Source of the DNA: Pseudomonas phage 5371
DNA length: 59,238 nt
Sequence record: PQ758388.1
Strand: one strand, 5' to 3'
Shown here one piece after another: positions 28,713-37,636 of this stretch (the stretch's first letter is position 1; every line of letters begins with the position of its first letter). The notes under the pieces are model-generated. The model ran no database searches. It had not been told where the DNA came from and saw only the letters and a program-made list of their open reading frames with translations. The translations under genes were made by a program, and so were the position numbers.

Positions 28713-29008
28713 CAGTACACCCTCAGAATGTGGGCCAGGTTCCCCCGAGCGTGACAGACAAGGCCGAGCAGGATTGCCAGGACCAGGGTCAGCCAAGGGG
28801 AGACAGGATTCAGTCTGTAGCCGTGGAGTGCATCGAGCATCACGCTCAGGGCGAAGCACCCACTACCAACGCACAGCAGGTATGCGAGCCAGGACACTCC
28901 CCGGCGATACCTCGCGCCCTGTCGGCGGTATGTCGCCAGCCTCATGCAGATGGCGCCGCAAATCATCGCGGCTACCAGGGTCCAAGGGTCAACCATTACG
29001 ACCTCCAA
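28712..29008 (-). CDS. holin-like membrane protein (3 TM)
   Basis: Three hydrophobic segments and a charged C-terminus, in the position lambda S occupies after Q. Confidence 0.4.
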   Translation of the reverse strand: MEVVMVDPWTLVAAMICGAICMRLATYRRQGARYRRGVSWLAYLLCVGSGCFALSVMLDALHGYRLNPVSPWLTLVLAILLGLVCHARGNLAHILRVY

Positions 29009-29357
29009 AGCGGTCCGCTATGAAGCGGAGCCAACCAGGCGTCTTCCCCCCCTGCACCCACTCCAGCAAGCTGGTGCCCACTGCGACGCAGAACAATGCC
29101 CCACCAAAGGCAACCAGGCCCGATGTCCTTGCCCACTCCCGCCCAATGACTTCGCCCGCGACGTAGTAGCCAACGATCCAGGACGCAGCGAAGTAGCCAA
29201 GGCGAGCCCAGGCCGAGATGTCCTTGGCATACACCACGAAGAAGATAGCCCCAGCAAAAGCCCCGATCACTGCATTGGCATCAATGCCAGGGATCAACGC
29301 AGACGCACCAATACCGACCAGGCCGGCGACTGCTACCGCACCACTCGGCTCGGCCAT
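28989..29357 (-). CDS. holin/antiholin-like membrane protein; start at MAEPSG (GGAG RBS)
   Basis: Multiple Gly/Ala-rich TM segments; the longer ORF would overprint the tRNA. Confidence 0.4.
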   Translation of the reverse strand: MAEPSGAVAVAGLVGIGASALIPGIDANAVIGAFAGAIFFVVYAKDISAWARLGYFAASWIVGYYVAGEVIGREWARTSGLVAFGGALFCVAVGTSLLEWVQGGKTPGWLRFIADRFGGRNG

Positions 29358-29410
29358 ATTCACGTACTCCAGATGCAGAAAGCCCAGGTCATTGCCTGGG
29401 CCTTGTAGTG

Positions 29411-29486
29411 TGGTGCCGGCAGCAGGAGTCGAACCCGCAACCCTCTGATTACAAATCAGCAGCGCTCCCTGTTGCGCCATACCGGC
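29411..29486 (-). tRNA. phage-encoded tRNA, anticodon UGU (Thr-like)
   Basis: 76 nt cloverleaf: acceptor GCCGGTA/TGCCGGC, D-arm GCGC-AACAGGGA-GCGC, anticodon loop TTTGTAA, T-arm GCGGG-TTCGACT-CCTGC, encoded CCA. One A:G mismatch at the base of the anticodon stem. Confidence 0.7.
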
Positions 29487-29648
29487 GTACTTCAATGCCG
29501 AGCACCTTTACTGGCGCGAACCGGCAGATCTTTCTTGCAGATTGGATATCGTCGGGGTGGATGAGAATTGCGTGGATCGGCTTGCCACGTCGCCCATCCT
29601 GAAGAAGCCAGCGTCTTATGCGATGCTCGAGATTCATCCATACCCCGG

Positions 29649-29678
29649 AAACGAAAAAGCCCAGCGCTAGGCTGGGCT
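29649..29678 (-). terminator. rho-independent terminator (late-leader terminator 2)
   Basis: GCCCAGC-GCTAG-GCTGGGC followed on the minus strand by TTTTTCGTTTCC. Confidence 0.5.
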
Positions 29679-29913
29679 CTGAATGGGTGCTCTCCTCACT
29701 CCTCCAACAACACTGACCTGGGAGGACTACGCAACCGTTATGGTTTCGCTGGAGTTTCACCAGCTCATCAGGCGCGTTAGTTGGTCAGCCCTGGACACCT
29801 ACTTGGAGAGCGTCGGTGTCGTTTGCTCGTGCCGGGCTTCCACCGGCTCCCACTTCACTTTAACGCCTGCGTGTCCAAGGCGATCCCGGCCGCGTAGTCG
29901 CAACCCGAAGGAT

Positions 29914-30012
29914 TCAGATCAGTACCACTGCCGCTCCAACCAGGAGCAGCAGGACCAGCGCGCCACCGCCGATTCCCTTGAGCAGCCAAACATCTTTCGA
30001 TTCGGCAGACAT
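29914..30012 (-). CDS. 32-aa hydrophobic peptide between two terminators, not in the ORF track
   Basis: GGAG RBS; MSAESKDVWLLKGIGGGALVLLLLVGAAVVLI. Confidence 0.2.
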   Translation of the reverse strand: MSAESKDVWLLKGIGGGALVLLLLVGAAVVLI

Positions 30013-30035
30013 TTCAGAACTCCGCATTGGGCTGG

Positions 30036-30065
30036 AAACGAAAAAGCCCCGGCAGATGCCAGGGC
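30036..30065 (-). terminator. rho-independent terminator (late-leader terminator 1)
   Basis: GCCCCGGC-AGAT-GCCAGGGC followed by TTTTTCGTTTCC; same tail motif as terminator 2. Confidence 0.4.
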
Positions 30066-30145
30066 TTCAGAGCCACCGATCCTCACAACGCGCAAGATCG
30101 ACAGGATGGGGAAATATTCGCTCAAACGCTCATTGAATGCAAGCC

Positions 30146-30724
30146 CTATGCTGCTTCGCCGAAGATGATTCCTTCCGCCATCAGGATTTCACCAGCCGCA
30201 ACCTCTGCCTCTTTGAGCATTTCATTCAGGACGCTATGAATTCCAGAGCGCCAACGGCGCCTGGTCTGCTCTGGACGACCCTCAGACTCCCAGTTGTTCA
30301 TGTCGTAGAACACGGCATCGAGAATAATCATGTCGGTTGAGCGCTTGCCATCTGCGCCCTTCAGCTTAGGGATAGCCCAGGTATAGACAGCCATCCCAAG
30401 GAACCTGCGTGGCGCTGGAGTCGCGACCAGGGGAATAAGGGTCTCGATTGCAGCCTTCTTCTTCTCACGGTGAGTACTGTACTTGGCCACCAATGCGTTC
30501 CAGTGCCGAGGCTTGAGCTGGCTGTGTAGCCTGGCATGCACCCAGCAATCGGCATCGATGCGCTTGATTCCCGAACTGTTAGAGGCCCTGATCAGTCCTG
30601 CCAACCCCTCACTGTCGGCGTAACCCGGCTGGTAGAGCTTCTGCCAAGCTTGCTTAGCAGTGTTGTCGATGGTTTCGGCCGCCAGGGCGGAGACGACCGC
30701 TGACAGAATGCTGGTGTAGATCAT
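30146..30724 (-). CDS. hypothetical protein in the position of a late-gene antiterminator (Q-like?)
   Basis: 192 aa, last gene of the nin-like region, followed by terminators, a tRNA and late genes. No sequence signature recognised. Confidence 0.25.
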   Translation of the reverse strand: MIYTSILSAVVSALAAETIDNTAKQAWQKLYQPGYADSEGLAGLIRASNSSGIKRIDADCWVHARLHSQLKPRHWNALVAKYSTHREKKKAAIETLIPLVATPAPRRFLGMAVYTWAIPKLKGADGKRSTDMIILDAVFYDMNNWESEGRPEQTRRRWRSGIHSVLNEMLKEAEVAAGEILMAEGIIFGEAA

Positions 30725-30791
30725 GCTTCCCCCTTAATCAGCCCGTACTCTCGAAGGATTACCCATTGCTGGGAGACGTATTCGGCCAGCG

Positions 30792-31409
30792 TCATGCCGT
30801 TGCCCTCTTCAGTTCGCGCACCCAGGCCCTGAACTTGGCCTTCCCGTTGTGCGTCAATTTCGGGGCAAAGAGCGCGTCGAAGTCGGACATGCCGGCGGCC
30901 TTCCTGCGAAGGATGGTGTGTCCGCTTACCTTCACGCGCGGATCTCTAGCCCAGTTGGTTGCTGTATCGCGCCTTCCCTCGAACTCGATTAGTCCGACCT
31001 GGCTGCGCGACTCGTACGACTCCGGTCGAAATCCGCGCTTCACGTTGCAGCCACGGCAGAGAATTCGGAGGTTTCCCTCGGCATTGTTCTGGCGATCATC
31101 GTCCTTGTGATCGACATGGCAGGTTGCCCAGGTCTCAGCCTTCCCGCACAGCTCGCACGGCCGGCAGTCAGACCCTACGATCGCCCACATCACTTGTCGA
31201 TGCTCGAAGACATACCCTCCCTTGTCAGCGAGGGCATGGCCTGGTTCGAATATCCGCACGTAGCCATTTGGCGTAATGATTCGCTGCTGGCGGCTGCTCA
31301 GCTTCTTGGCTACCGAGCCATTTCTCCGCATCCGGAAGTAGTGCATCTGGCAGAGCTGGGCTGTCTTGTATTGGGCATCACGCCCGCATCCATCTACGCG
31401 GCACTGCAT
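30792..31409 (-). CDS. HNH endonuclease with N-terminal zinc ribbon
   Basis: CRVDGCGR...HVDHKDDDRQNNAEGNLRILCRGCN. Confidence 0.6.
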   Translation of the reverse strand: MQCRVDGCGRDAQYKTAQLCQMHYFRMRRNGSVAKKLSSRQQRIITPNGYVRIFEPGHALADKGGYVFEHRQVMWAIVGSDCRPCELCGKAETWATCHVDHKDDDRQNNAEGNLRILCRGCNVKRGFRPESYESRSQVGLIEFEGRRDTATNWARDPRVKVSGHTILRRKAAGMSDFDALFAPKLTHNGKAKFRAWVRELKRATA

Positions 31410-31993
31410 TTGCGTCGAGCCTCCAGCCGGCGAATTTTCTTGGAGAAGACAGCCTTCAGGCGCTTCAGGTAGGGGATGTCATGACGGGCAACAGAGTTGT
31501 CACTTTCCAGTCGATCAACCTTGGCCTGGCCAATCTTCTCAATCAGGCGCGGCCGGTAGGCCATCAAATTCCCGCTCAGGTGGTTGTTACAGGCACTGCA
31601 GGACTTATTCATATTCCAAAGGTTGAAGCGGAGCTGAGGTGCTGCCCCAACACTACGGAAATGCGAGCAATGCCACTGGCCGCCCCACGTGGCGGGCTTG
31701 TCGCAACTAACGCAACCGAGATGATCATCACGGAGCCGGACGTAGCGATTGATTACCGCCTGAGCCTCTCGCAGGTGATCCGTCCTGCTCTTCAGCCTCT
31801 CCTTCCGCACTTTGATCTCCCGGCGGTCGCGGTCGGCGATGGCCTTCCGTGCCGGCTTGGCGTGCTTGTCCTTGATGGCCAGGGCGCAGGCAGGAGAGCA
31901 CACGCGCTGGCCTAGGCGCTGCGGGATGAACTTGGCGCCGCACTCGGTGTTCTGGCACTTTTTGGGTTTTGGCTGGCGGGCGGAAAGGGTCAT
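31394..31993 (-). CDS. ninG: NinG/Rap-family recombination protein
   Basis: Collinear with lambda NinG, including CxxC pairs and the shared AAPQLRFN motif. Confidence 0.8.
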   Translation of the reverse strand: MTLSARQPKPKKCQNTECGAKFIPQRLGQRVCSPACALAIKDKHAKPARKAIADRDRREIKVRKERLKSRTDHLREAQAVINRYVRLRDDHLGCVSCDKPATWGGQWHCSHFRSVGAAPQLRFNLWNMNKSCSACNNHLSGNLMAYRPRLIEKIGQAKVDRLESDNSVARHDIPYLKRLKAVFSKKIRRLEARRKCSAA

Positions 31994-32214
31994 TCGGCAC
32001 CATCCGCGCGCATTTGCTTCCCATCCACCCCGAGTCGCGGAGTGATACCCCCGCCTGGAACACTGAGATACTGCAAGCCGGTAGCGTGGTCAGTGTGCAG
32101 CCGCATTCCACTGCGTCCGCCAGGAGCATCGGTGCTATCACGTTCGTTGCGCATGGCAGCGTTCAAGAACATGCAAAGGAAAAAGCCCAGGCAGATGCCA
32201 ATAAAAGTATTCAT
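31990..32214 (-). CDS. small protein with hydrophobic N-terminus
   Basis: ORF only. Confidence 0.25.
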   Translation of the reverse strand: MNTFIGICLGFFLCMFLNAAMRNERDSTDAPGGRSGMRLHTDHATGLQYLSVPGGGITPRLGVDGKQMRADGAE

Positions 32215-32420
32215 GCCTCCACCCCCTTCGCTTCTCTGTCCCAGTAGGAAGGAAGCCCGCGAGTAAGGATTTCGTCGGTCAAGATGCGGTCATGGGCGAT
32301 CAGTGCGACGGCCTTCGCGGCCATCTTCTTGCGCATGATGAAGGCGTACTCATTCAGCTTCCTCCAGTTCCACTCATGGCGATCCAAAACCCACAGAGCA
32401 ACGCCAATGCGAGGATTCAT
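32211..32420 (-). CDS. hypothetical small protein; start at MNPRIG
   Basis: ORF with adjacent gene packing. Confidence 0.3.
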   Translation of the reverse strand: MNPRIGVALWVLDRHEWNWRKLNEYAFIMRKKMAAKAVALIAHDRILTDEILTRGLPSYWDREAKGVEA

Positions 32421-32686
32421 ACGGCCTCCTCCTTCGCCTTCTGCTGCTCGGGCTGGAAGTCTCCCCGAAGCGGCATGAGCCACTTCTCCCAAACGATGGC
32501 GCCTTGATCGTCCACTACCCACACCGGCTCGCCGTCAGGGGTTTCATAAACTCCTGGGTCCATCGGATCGCTACGATCAACCGGCCCAACCAAATGGCGG
32601 CTGATCAGTTCAACGCAGGTTCCAACCACCGGAGGGAAGGTGTGATTGATCACAAGCGCCAGGTCTCCTGCCTTGAACTTGCTCAT
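32417..32686 (-). CDS. hypothetical protein
   Basis: ORF only. Confidence 0.35.
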   Translation of the reverse strand: MSKFKAGDLALVINHTFPPVVGTCVELISRHLVGPVDRSDPMDPGVYETPDGEPVWVVDDQGAIVWEKWLMPLRGDFQPEQQKAKEEAV

Positions 32687-33351
32687 GCGAAAGTCCCCAT
32701 CTGATCAGCCGCCGCCATGGCGTCAGCCTCGGTTTCGAAGTGAGAGGAAAGGACCAGCCGCCAGCACGCCGCGAACACATCCCGATAGAGGGGCTCAAAG
32801 GCCGTATCGTCCATGCTGGCCCAACTGATCGACTTAGCCTCCTTGCGAACGCCGTCAGGCGTATGGATCAGGTGGAAGTGACCGGCCTCAATGGTGATCC
32901 ACTCGCGGAACGCCTCGCGGCTCTTCTCGACTGCCGGGAAGCGGCCCGCTCGATCAGCCTCAAGCTTGGCGATGTACGCGGCGACGGCGTTCTGCAATTG
33001 GCCAGGACGCCCATTCAGATCCTCGAAGTATTTGGCCAGCCCGCGGATGCCACGCATCTCCTGGCGCGGCACAAGACCACCTTTCGGCTCCCAGTACTCC
33101 CATGCGAGATCCAGCATGGCGAAGAACTTGCCGTGGAACTTGGCATTGCGCATCCGGGTGAATTTCCCGTGGACGACCTGGCCGGCCTTCCACTTCTGAA
33201 CGGTTTCGCGATCTGCCTCGGTCGCCGGGACCAGGCCCTGGGCTGTGCGGATGAGAGCGAGTTCAGCCACGGCGCTTTCCCTTCTTCTGCTTGCACTCCC
33301 GGCGCTGCTTGCTGATAGGCTTCTGCATTGCATCTTCAATCGACCAACCAC
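32683..33351 (-). CDS. hypothetical nin-region protein
   Basis: 222 aa; start uncertain. Confidence 0.35.
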   Translation of the reverse strand: MVGRLKMQCRSLSASSAGSASRRRESAVAELALIRTAQGLVPATEADRETVQKWKAGQVVHGKFTRMRNAKFHGKFFAMLDLAWEYWEPKGGLVPRQEMRGIRGLAKYFEDLNGRPGQLQNAVAAYIAKLEADRAGRFPAVEKSREAFREWITIEAGHFHLIHTPDGVRKEAKSISWASMDDTAFEPLYRDVFAACWRLVLSSHFETEADAMAAADQMGTFA

Positions 33352-33895
33352 GATTTAGCCGGCTGCGCAGAGTGCATTCGGGAATACCAAGCTGGCCTGC
33401 CCACTGAGAAACTGTTTGCCGCCTACCTAGATACTCAACGAAGGTGTTTCTTCTAGTGTTATTCATCTGTTCTAAGGCAGTTGCCCAGCGGCAGTTTTCC
33501 TTGAAGTAACCTGCGTCGTTGTCAATTCGATCAAGGGAGGTGGCGTCTGGCCTTTCGCCCATATCAGCCAGGAAGTTGGCGAACGTCATCCACCTTTCAC
33601 AAACAGTGATTCCTCTGCCTTGGTAGTCGACATATCGCTTGTTAGAGGGATTCGTACAGCGATCAATCATGTTGCTCCATGAGCTGTACGTTGGAGTTCC
33701 GGTCATCCCGTGAGAAAACCGAGAGCAACCGCAACTGGTCGTAGTTCGGTTTCTCATCAGATTTCCTCGGCGCATAATGACTCGGTTACCGCAGTCGCAA
33801 CGGCAAACCCAATGGGAAGCCTTGCCGGCGCAGTGGGAGAATGCTTCAACAACCACCTTGCCCACCCGAAGCCCGATGATGCTTTCAGCGTCCAT
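33263..33895 (-). CDS. putative DNA-binding protein with conserved SW..M..RC...Y.DYQGRGITVCERW motif
   Basis: Motif recalled from phage HNH/AP2-associated DNA-binding proteins. Start taken at MDAES to avoid overlap with the TraR gene. Confidence 0.35.
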   Translation of the reverse strand: MDAESIIGLRVGKVVVEAFSHCAGKASHWVCRCDCGNRVIMRRGNLMRNRTTTSCGCSRFSHGMTGTPTYSSWSNMIDRCTNPSNKRYVDYQGRGITVCERWMTFANFLADMGERPDATSLDRIDNDAGYFKENCRWATALEQMNNTRRNTFVEYLGRRQTVSQWAGQLGIPECTLRSRLNRGWSIEDAMQKPISKQRRECKQKKGKRRG

Positions 33896-34097
33896 TGATT
33901 GCCTCCAAGTATTCCTGGCAAGAAAGGCACTTCCTAACCCCAGGAACGAGTGCCCGCCGCGCCACAGGAATCTCCTCGCCGCAGTCTTCACATTCGTACA
34001 GGCTCTCGCCGACGTACTTGACTCGGGAGTACAGGCGTTCAGCGAGTTCACGCTCGGCGTAATCGTTGGCGATGTCTACGATATCCATGTCACTCAC
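33885..34097 (-). CDS. TraR/DksA-family C4 zinc-finger protein
   Basis: 70 aa with CEDCGEEIP...CLSCQ. Confidence 0.55.
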   Translation of the reverse strand: MSDMDIVDIANDYAERELAERLYSRVKYVGESLYECEDCGEEIPVARRALVPGVRKCLSCQEYLEAINGR

Positions 34098-34599
34098 CCT
34101 CCCCTTGCAGGCTCTTCAGCAGTGCCTTGAGTTGGCGATAGCTTTCCATCGACTTGGCGCTCGATTCGCGCTCCTGCTCGACTGCCAGCGCGACGTCCTC
34201 GATGCGATCAGACAGGCGCTTCATGTGCTCGGCCATGCCGGCGAGCTCGTTTGCCAGTTCGCCTAGCATCTCCAGCGGGGAGGCAGAGCGCTTCGGCTCG
34301 GACTGGTTTTCGATCTTCTTAGCGGGCTCGCCCATCTTCGGCTCCTGAGGCTTGGTCTTTTTCTCGACTTGGATTCGTTGGTAGTGGTCAGTACCAGTGC
34401 GGCGGATCAGTCCGGAATCGACAAGGTCGCGCAGACAGCCCTGGACAATCCGAACGTCCGGCGTGCTTCCGGTCATGTTGCGAAGTGCGGTGAGCACCTG
34501 GAACGAACGCCAGGGCTCAGAGATCGGTACGCACTCGTAGACCTTCTTCGCGATTCCGGTCTGGCCCTGCATGAGGGACTCCTGTTTTGCGGGCGTCAC
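34090..34599 (-). CDS. hypothetical replication-region protein
   Basis: GTG start with GGGAGG RBS. Confidence 0.4.
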   Translation of the reverse strand: MTPAKQESLMQGQTGIAKKVYECVPISEPWRSFQVLTALRNMTGSTPDVRIVQGCLRDLVDSGLIRRTGTDHYQRIQVEKKTKPQEPKMGEPAKKIENQSEPKRSASPLEMLGELANELAGMAEHMKRLSDRIEDVALAVEQERESSAKSMESYRQLKALLKSLQGEGE

Positions 34600-34714
34600 T
34601 GCTCGATCCTCCCTTCAGGCCAGATGCTCTTCACGACCGCGAGCGGGTCGCAGTCCTCCATCAGAATCATCGTGAACGCCGGGCGACCCGGCAGAACTAC
34701 CTTCCAGCAGCGCT

Positions 34715-36544
34715 TCATGCGGCCTCCTGATCGGCTTGTTGTTGGGTGATTCCGGAAAATTCAATCCACTGGCGAGGCTTGTGCCCTTCGCGCTCCATGT
34801 ACTGAGCGGATGCGGGGTCGAACCAGAGATAGATGGTTTCCTCGACACCGGTCAGGCGCTGCTTGGTGATGATCATCTTCACGTCCGGCTGCTGCTTGAG
34901 GTGCTCGGCTTGATCCTCATCGGTGCCCTTCATCGCGGACTCCTTCTTCTTGTTGCGCCACACGGTGATCACGTTGTCGGCCAGGTCAGTGAGGATGGCG
35001 CCGCCGCGAACGTCGAGCTTTCCAGGCATCTTGGATTCGTCGTCTGCCTTGCGCGGGTGAGCCACCAGGTGAACGTGGACGCCCATCTCATGCGCGAAAC
35101 CAACGATGGATTCCATGGCCTGCTTCTGGCCGTTGTAGTCGTCTTCGGCCATCCCCAGCTTCGCCAGGCTATCGACGACGAACTGCTTCACCCCATAACG
35201 GCGAGCGGCGTAGCGGAAGGTTTCGATCATCTCGGCGGTGTTGGCCGAACCCATCTGGTTGTAGATCCACAGTCGACCACCCAGGAACTCCAGGATGGCG
35301 TGGATGTACCCACGGGAGGGCTGGTTGAGCCCGGCGGCCTGGCGCACCATGCGCTGCAAGGTCCGCTTGGCAGGCATCTCCATCGAGGCGATGCAGAACT
35401 TCTCGCCCTGGCGCATGCCGTGGAAAGCCAGGTAGTTCAGGAGCTGGGATTTCCCGTGCCCGCTCCAGCCGGTCCAGATCGTGACCTCGCTGTCGCGGAA
35501 GCGGATCATGTCGCGGGACTTCTCCCATGGGGTCGCCATACCCATGACTGCGGGGTTGCGCTCGAAGAACTCGGCGCACACGTCATCAACGAACGACTCA
35601 GCCCCTACCAGCTTCTCGGGATCGAGCGTCTTGGCCTTGGCGTAGCAGTCGTCGATGTCGTCGCGGGTGTAGAACAGGGCATCCAGGGCTTCGTTGAAGT
35701 CCTTGCAGCCTAGGTCCAGGATGCGGCAGCGCTCGCGCCCAAGGCGCTTGATGATTTCTTCGGTCGCCTGCTTGCCGGGCTCGTCGTCATCCATGGCGAG
35801 GTAGATCACGTCGAACCGGGACAGGCGCGAATATTCGTGCTCGATCCACGCCTGTTTCTCGCCCTTACCACCACCGAACGGAACCGACAGCGCCGGACGA
35901 CCGTACTGCCAGGCAGTCATGGCGTCGATCTCGCCCTCGGTGATCGTCACCTCGCGAGCGCCATCGGGAATGGCCTGCCAGCCGAACAGGCAAGGCTCTG
36001 CGTCAGCCGAGGCGGAAATCCGTTTCTTCCCGTTGGGGCGATCAACTCCGAGCTTCTTCCAGAAGATCAGAGCGCCGTCCCGCAGGTACGGGAACACGAT
36101 GTCTCGGCCAGACTCGCCGATCTTGAACTCGGCAATGGTTTCCGGCTTCAGACCGCGCCCAACAAGGTAGGCCATGACCGGAGACTCATCGACCGGAGCC
36201 TTGCACTTGGGGCGCTCAGGGCGAACGTAGGTCTTGCGAGAGGGCGCTTCGAGTTTCGGATCAGCGATGCCCAAGTAGGACTTCGCCTCGGCCAGTGCGG
36301 TGCCCATGTCACAACCGCGAACAGCGCGCCACAGGTCCAACAGGTCGCCTGTTTCGCCGGTCGAGAAGTCGCACCAGACGCCGGCTTTCTCGCCCTTGAG
36401 GTGGACGCCCAGGCTCTGGCCCTTTTCGCCGTTCACGCTGCCGACACGCCACTCGGCTCCCTCGCGCTTTCCGCTGGGCAGCAAGTGGTGCGCAACGTCG
36501 ATCACGCGATCAGCGAGGCGCTGAGCAATCTCAGAGGGGGTCAT
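34715..36544 (-). CDS. bifunctional DNA primase (TOPRIM) / DnaB-like SF4 helicase
   Basis: N-terminal zinc-binding and TOPRIM-like region; C-terminal WTGWSGHGKSQLLNYLAF Walker A with RecA-like ATPase. Confidence 0.7.
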   Translation of the reverse strand: MTPSEIAQRLADRVIDVAHHLLPSGKREGAEWRVGSVNGEKGQSLGVHLKGEKAGVWCDFSTGETGDLLDLWRAVRGCDMGTALAEAKSYLGIADPKLEAPSRKTYVRPERPKCKAPVDESPVMAYLVGRGLKPETIAEFKIGESGRDIVFPYLRDGALIFWKKLGVDRPNGKKRISASADAEPCLFGWQAIPDGAREVTITEGEIDAMTAWQYGRPALSVPFGGGKGEKQAWIEHEYSRLSRFDVIYLAMDDDEPGKQATEEIIKRLGRERCRILDLGCKDFNEALDALFYTRDDIDDCYAKAKTLDPEKLVGAESFVDDVCAEFFERNPAVMGMATPWEKSRDMIRFRDSEVTIWTGWSGHGKSQLLNYLAFHGMRQGEKFCIASMEMPAKRTLQRMVRQAAGLNQPSRGYIHAILEFLGGRLWIYNQMGSANTAEMIETFRYAARRYGVKQFVVDSLAKLGMAEDDYNGQKQAMESIVGFAHEMGVHVHLVAHPRKADDESKMPGKLDVRGGAILTDLADNVITVWRNKKKESAMKGTDEDQAEHLKQQPDVKMIITKQRLTGVEETIYLWFDPASAQYMEREGHKPRQWIEFSGITQQQADQEAA

Positions 36545-37473
36545 TGCGCCTCCCCGGCAGCCGGCAGGCGCTTGCAGGTGTAGTCGTGCGTGTAGATCGA
36601 CAGGACTGTGTTCGGAAGGTGGTCGTGCCAGAACTCGTGGGACTCGGTCACATAACCACGCGGCGCTTCGAACGGGTATGTTTTCCCGTTCACGACAGCG
36701 CCCTTGCGGATCGGGTGGACGTTCGACTTCACGCGGTCAGGGAACAACCCCATCCACCCTGCGCTGATCGAAGCCTGGATCACTGCATCCGGGTTGGGAT
36801 GGCCTGCAAGCTGCTTCGCTTGCGCCTTGCAGGTGGTCTCCTTCAGCGGCTTGCGCAACTCGCTCCGGCACTTGACCCATTCAGCCCACACCGATGGCGT
36901 GACGTTTTCCGGGCAAGCATCCAGCGGGTTGAACTTCGGAGACGGCACAGCCGGCTCTACCCCCTCAGGGGGGTAAGGGGGGTTATGCTCTTTCTCTTCT
37001 TCTGTATCTTTATCTAGCGTGACATTGCGTGACTCTGCGTGACATTGCGTGACATCATCAACTTTAGATGCCTCCCGCTCACGTTCGCGCTGCTCCCTTT
37101 TACGCTGAGCAGCAGATTTTGCGCCTCTTTCAGGGTTACCGGCGTCCTCGCGCTTCGGCTGACGGTTATCCCATCCAGTGAGGGCATCACCATCCAGAAC
37201 GCGCCCTTGCATCGCGTCGATAACATTCACGATCTGTTCGTCTGTCACGTCAAGCGCGCTAGCCAAATCTTCCGTCGTGACAGTCACGTGACCGCGCGTG
37301 ACATTTCGTGACGCATCGACCAGAAGATGCAAATACACCGCCTGGACCAACGCAACGGGTTGCCCGGATACGCGAGCAATCGTTCTCCATTTCGGATCAT
37401 TCGGCATGTCATGCCAAAGCCGCAGCCAGCTATTCGACATTTCCTTCTCCTTTGTCATCGTCCAGCGGGCCAC
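36541..37473 (-). CDS. replisome organiser / replication initiator (lambda O-like) containing the origin iterons
   Basis: N-terminal WLRLWHDMPNDPKW is Phage_rep_O-like; iterons and an AT-rich tract lie in the middle of the gene. Confidence 0.5.
   Translation of the reverse strand: MARWTMTKEKEMSNSWLRLWHDMPNDPKWRTIARVSGQPVALVQAVYLHLLVDASRNVTRGHVTVTTEDLASALDVTDEQIVNVIDAMQGRVLDGDALTGWDNRQPKREDAGNPERGAKSAAQRKREQREREREASKVDDVTQCHAESRNVTLDKDTEEEKEHNPPYPPEGVEPAVPSPKFNPLDACPENVTPSVWAEWVKCRSELRKPLKETTCKAQAKQLAGHPNPDAVIQASISAGWMGLFPDRVKSNVHPIRKGAVVNGKTYPFEAPRGYVTESHEFWHDHLPNTVLSIYTHDYTCKRLPAAGEAQ
37017..37056. repeat. four perfect tandem 10-bp iterons GCGTGAC(A/T)(T/C)(T/C) with adjacent AT-rich tract (36990-37016): putative ori
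   Basis: GCGTGACATT GCGTGACTCT GCGTGACATT GCGTGACATC. Confidence 0.65.
37270..37320. repeat. second cluster of four CGTGAC motifs including a GTCACGTGAC palindrome
   Basis: CGTGACAGTCACGTGACCGCGCGTGACATTTCGTGACGCATC. Confidence 0.45.
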
Positions 37474-37636
37474 GCATGTCTTCCCGCATCGATGCGGCGA
37501 GGATGCAGATGTCGCTTGTGAACTGGTGGAGTTGATCCAGAGTGATGGTCACGACCTGATCACCTTGGCAGATGGCAATGGAGTTCTTCGCCGGACGAAG
37601 CTCCAAGGCGTTGTAAGTCAGCGTTCGAGGTTGCAT
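37430..37636 (-). CDS. hypothetical small protein
   Basis: ORF only. Confidence 0.3.
   Translation of the reverse strand: MQPRTLTYNALELRPAKNSIAICQGDQVVTITLDQLHQFTSDICILAASMREDMRGPLDDDKGEGNVE

Noticed and set aside
29411-29486. Internal tRNA as a second att site or boundary of two tandem prophages
   Set aside because: No repeat of its 3' end elsewhere in the window, and gene order is one coherent lambdoid genome. A tRNA after Q is a common lambdoid feature.
34615-34848. 77-aa minus-strand ORF overlapping the helicase 3' end
   Set aside because: Low-complexity Ser/Gly/Pro translation overlapping a confident CDS.
34736-35713. 325-aa plus-strand ORF antisense to the primase-helicase
   Set aside because: Overlaps a confident helicase CDS; low-complexity translation.
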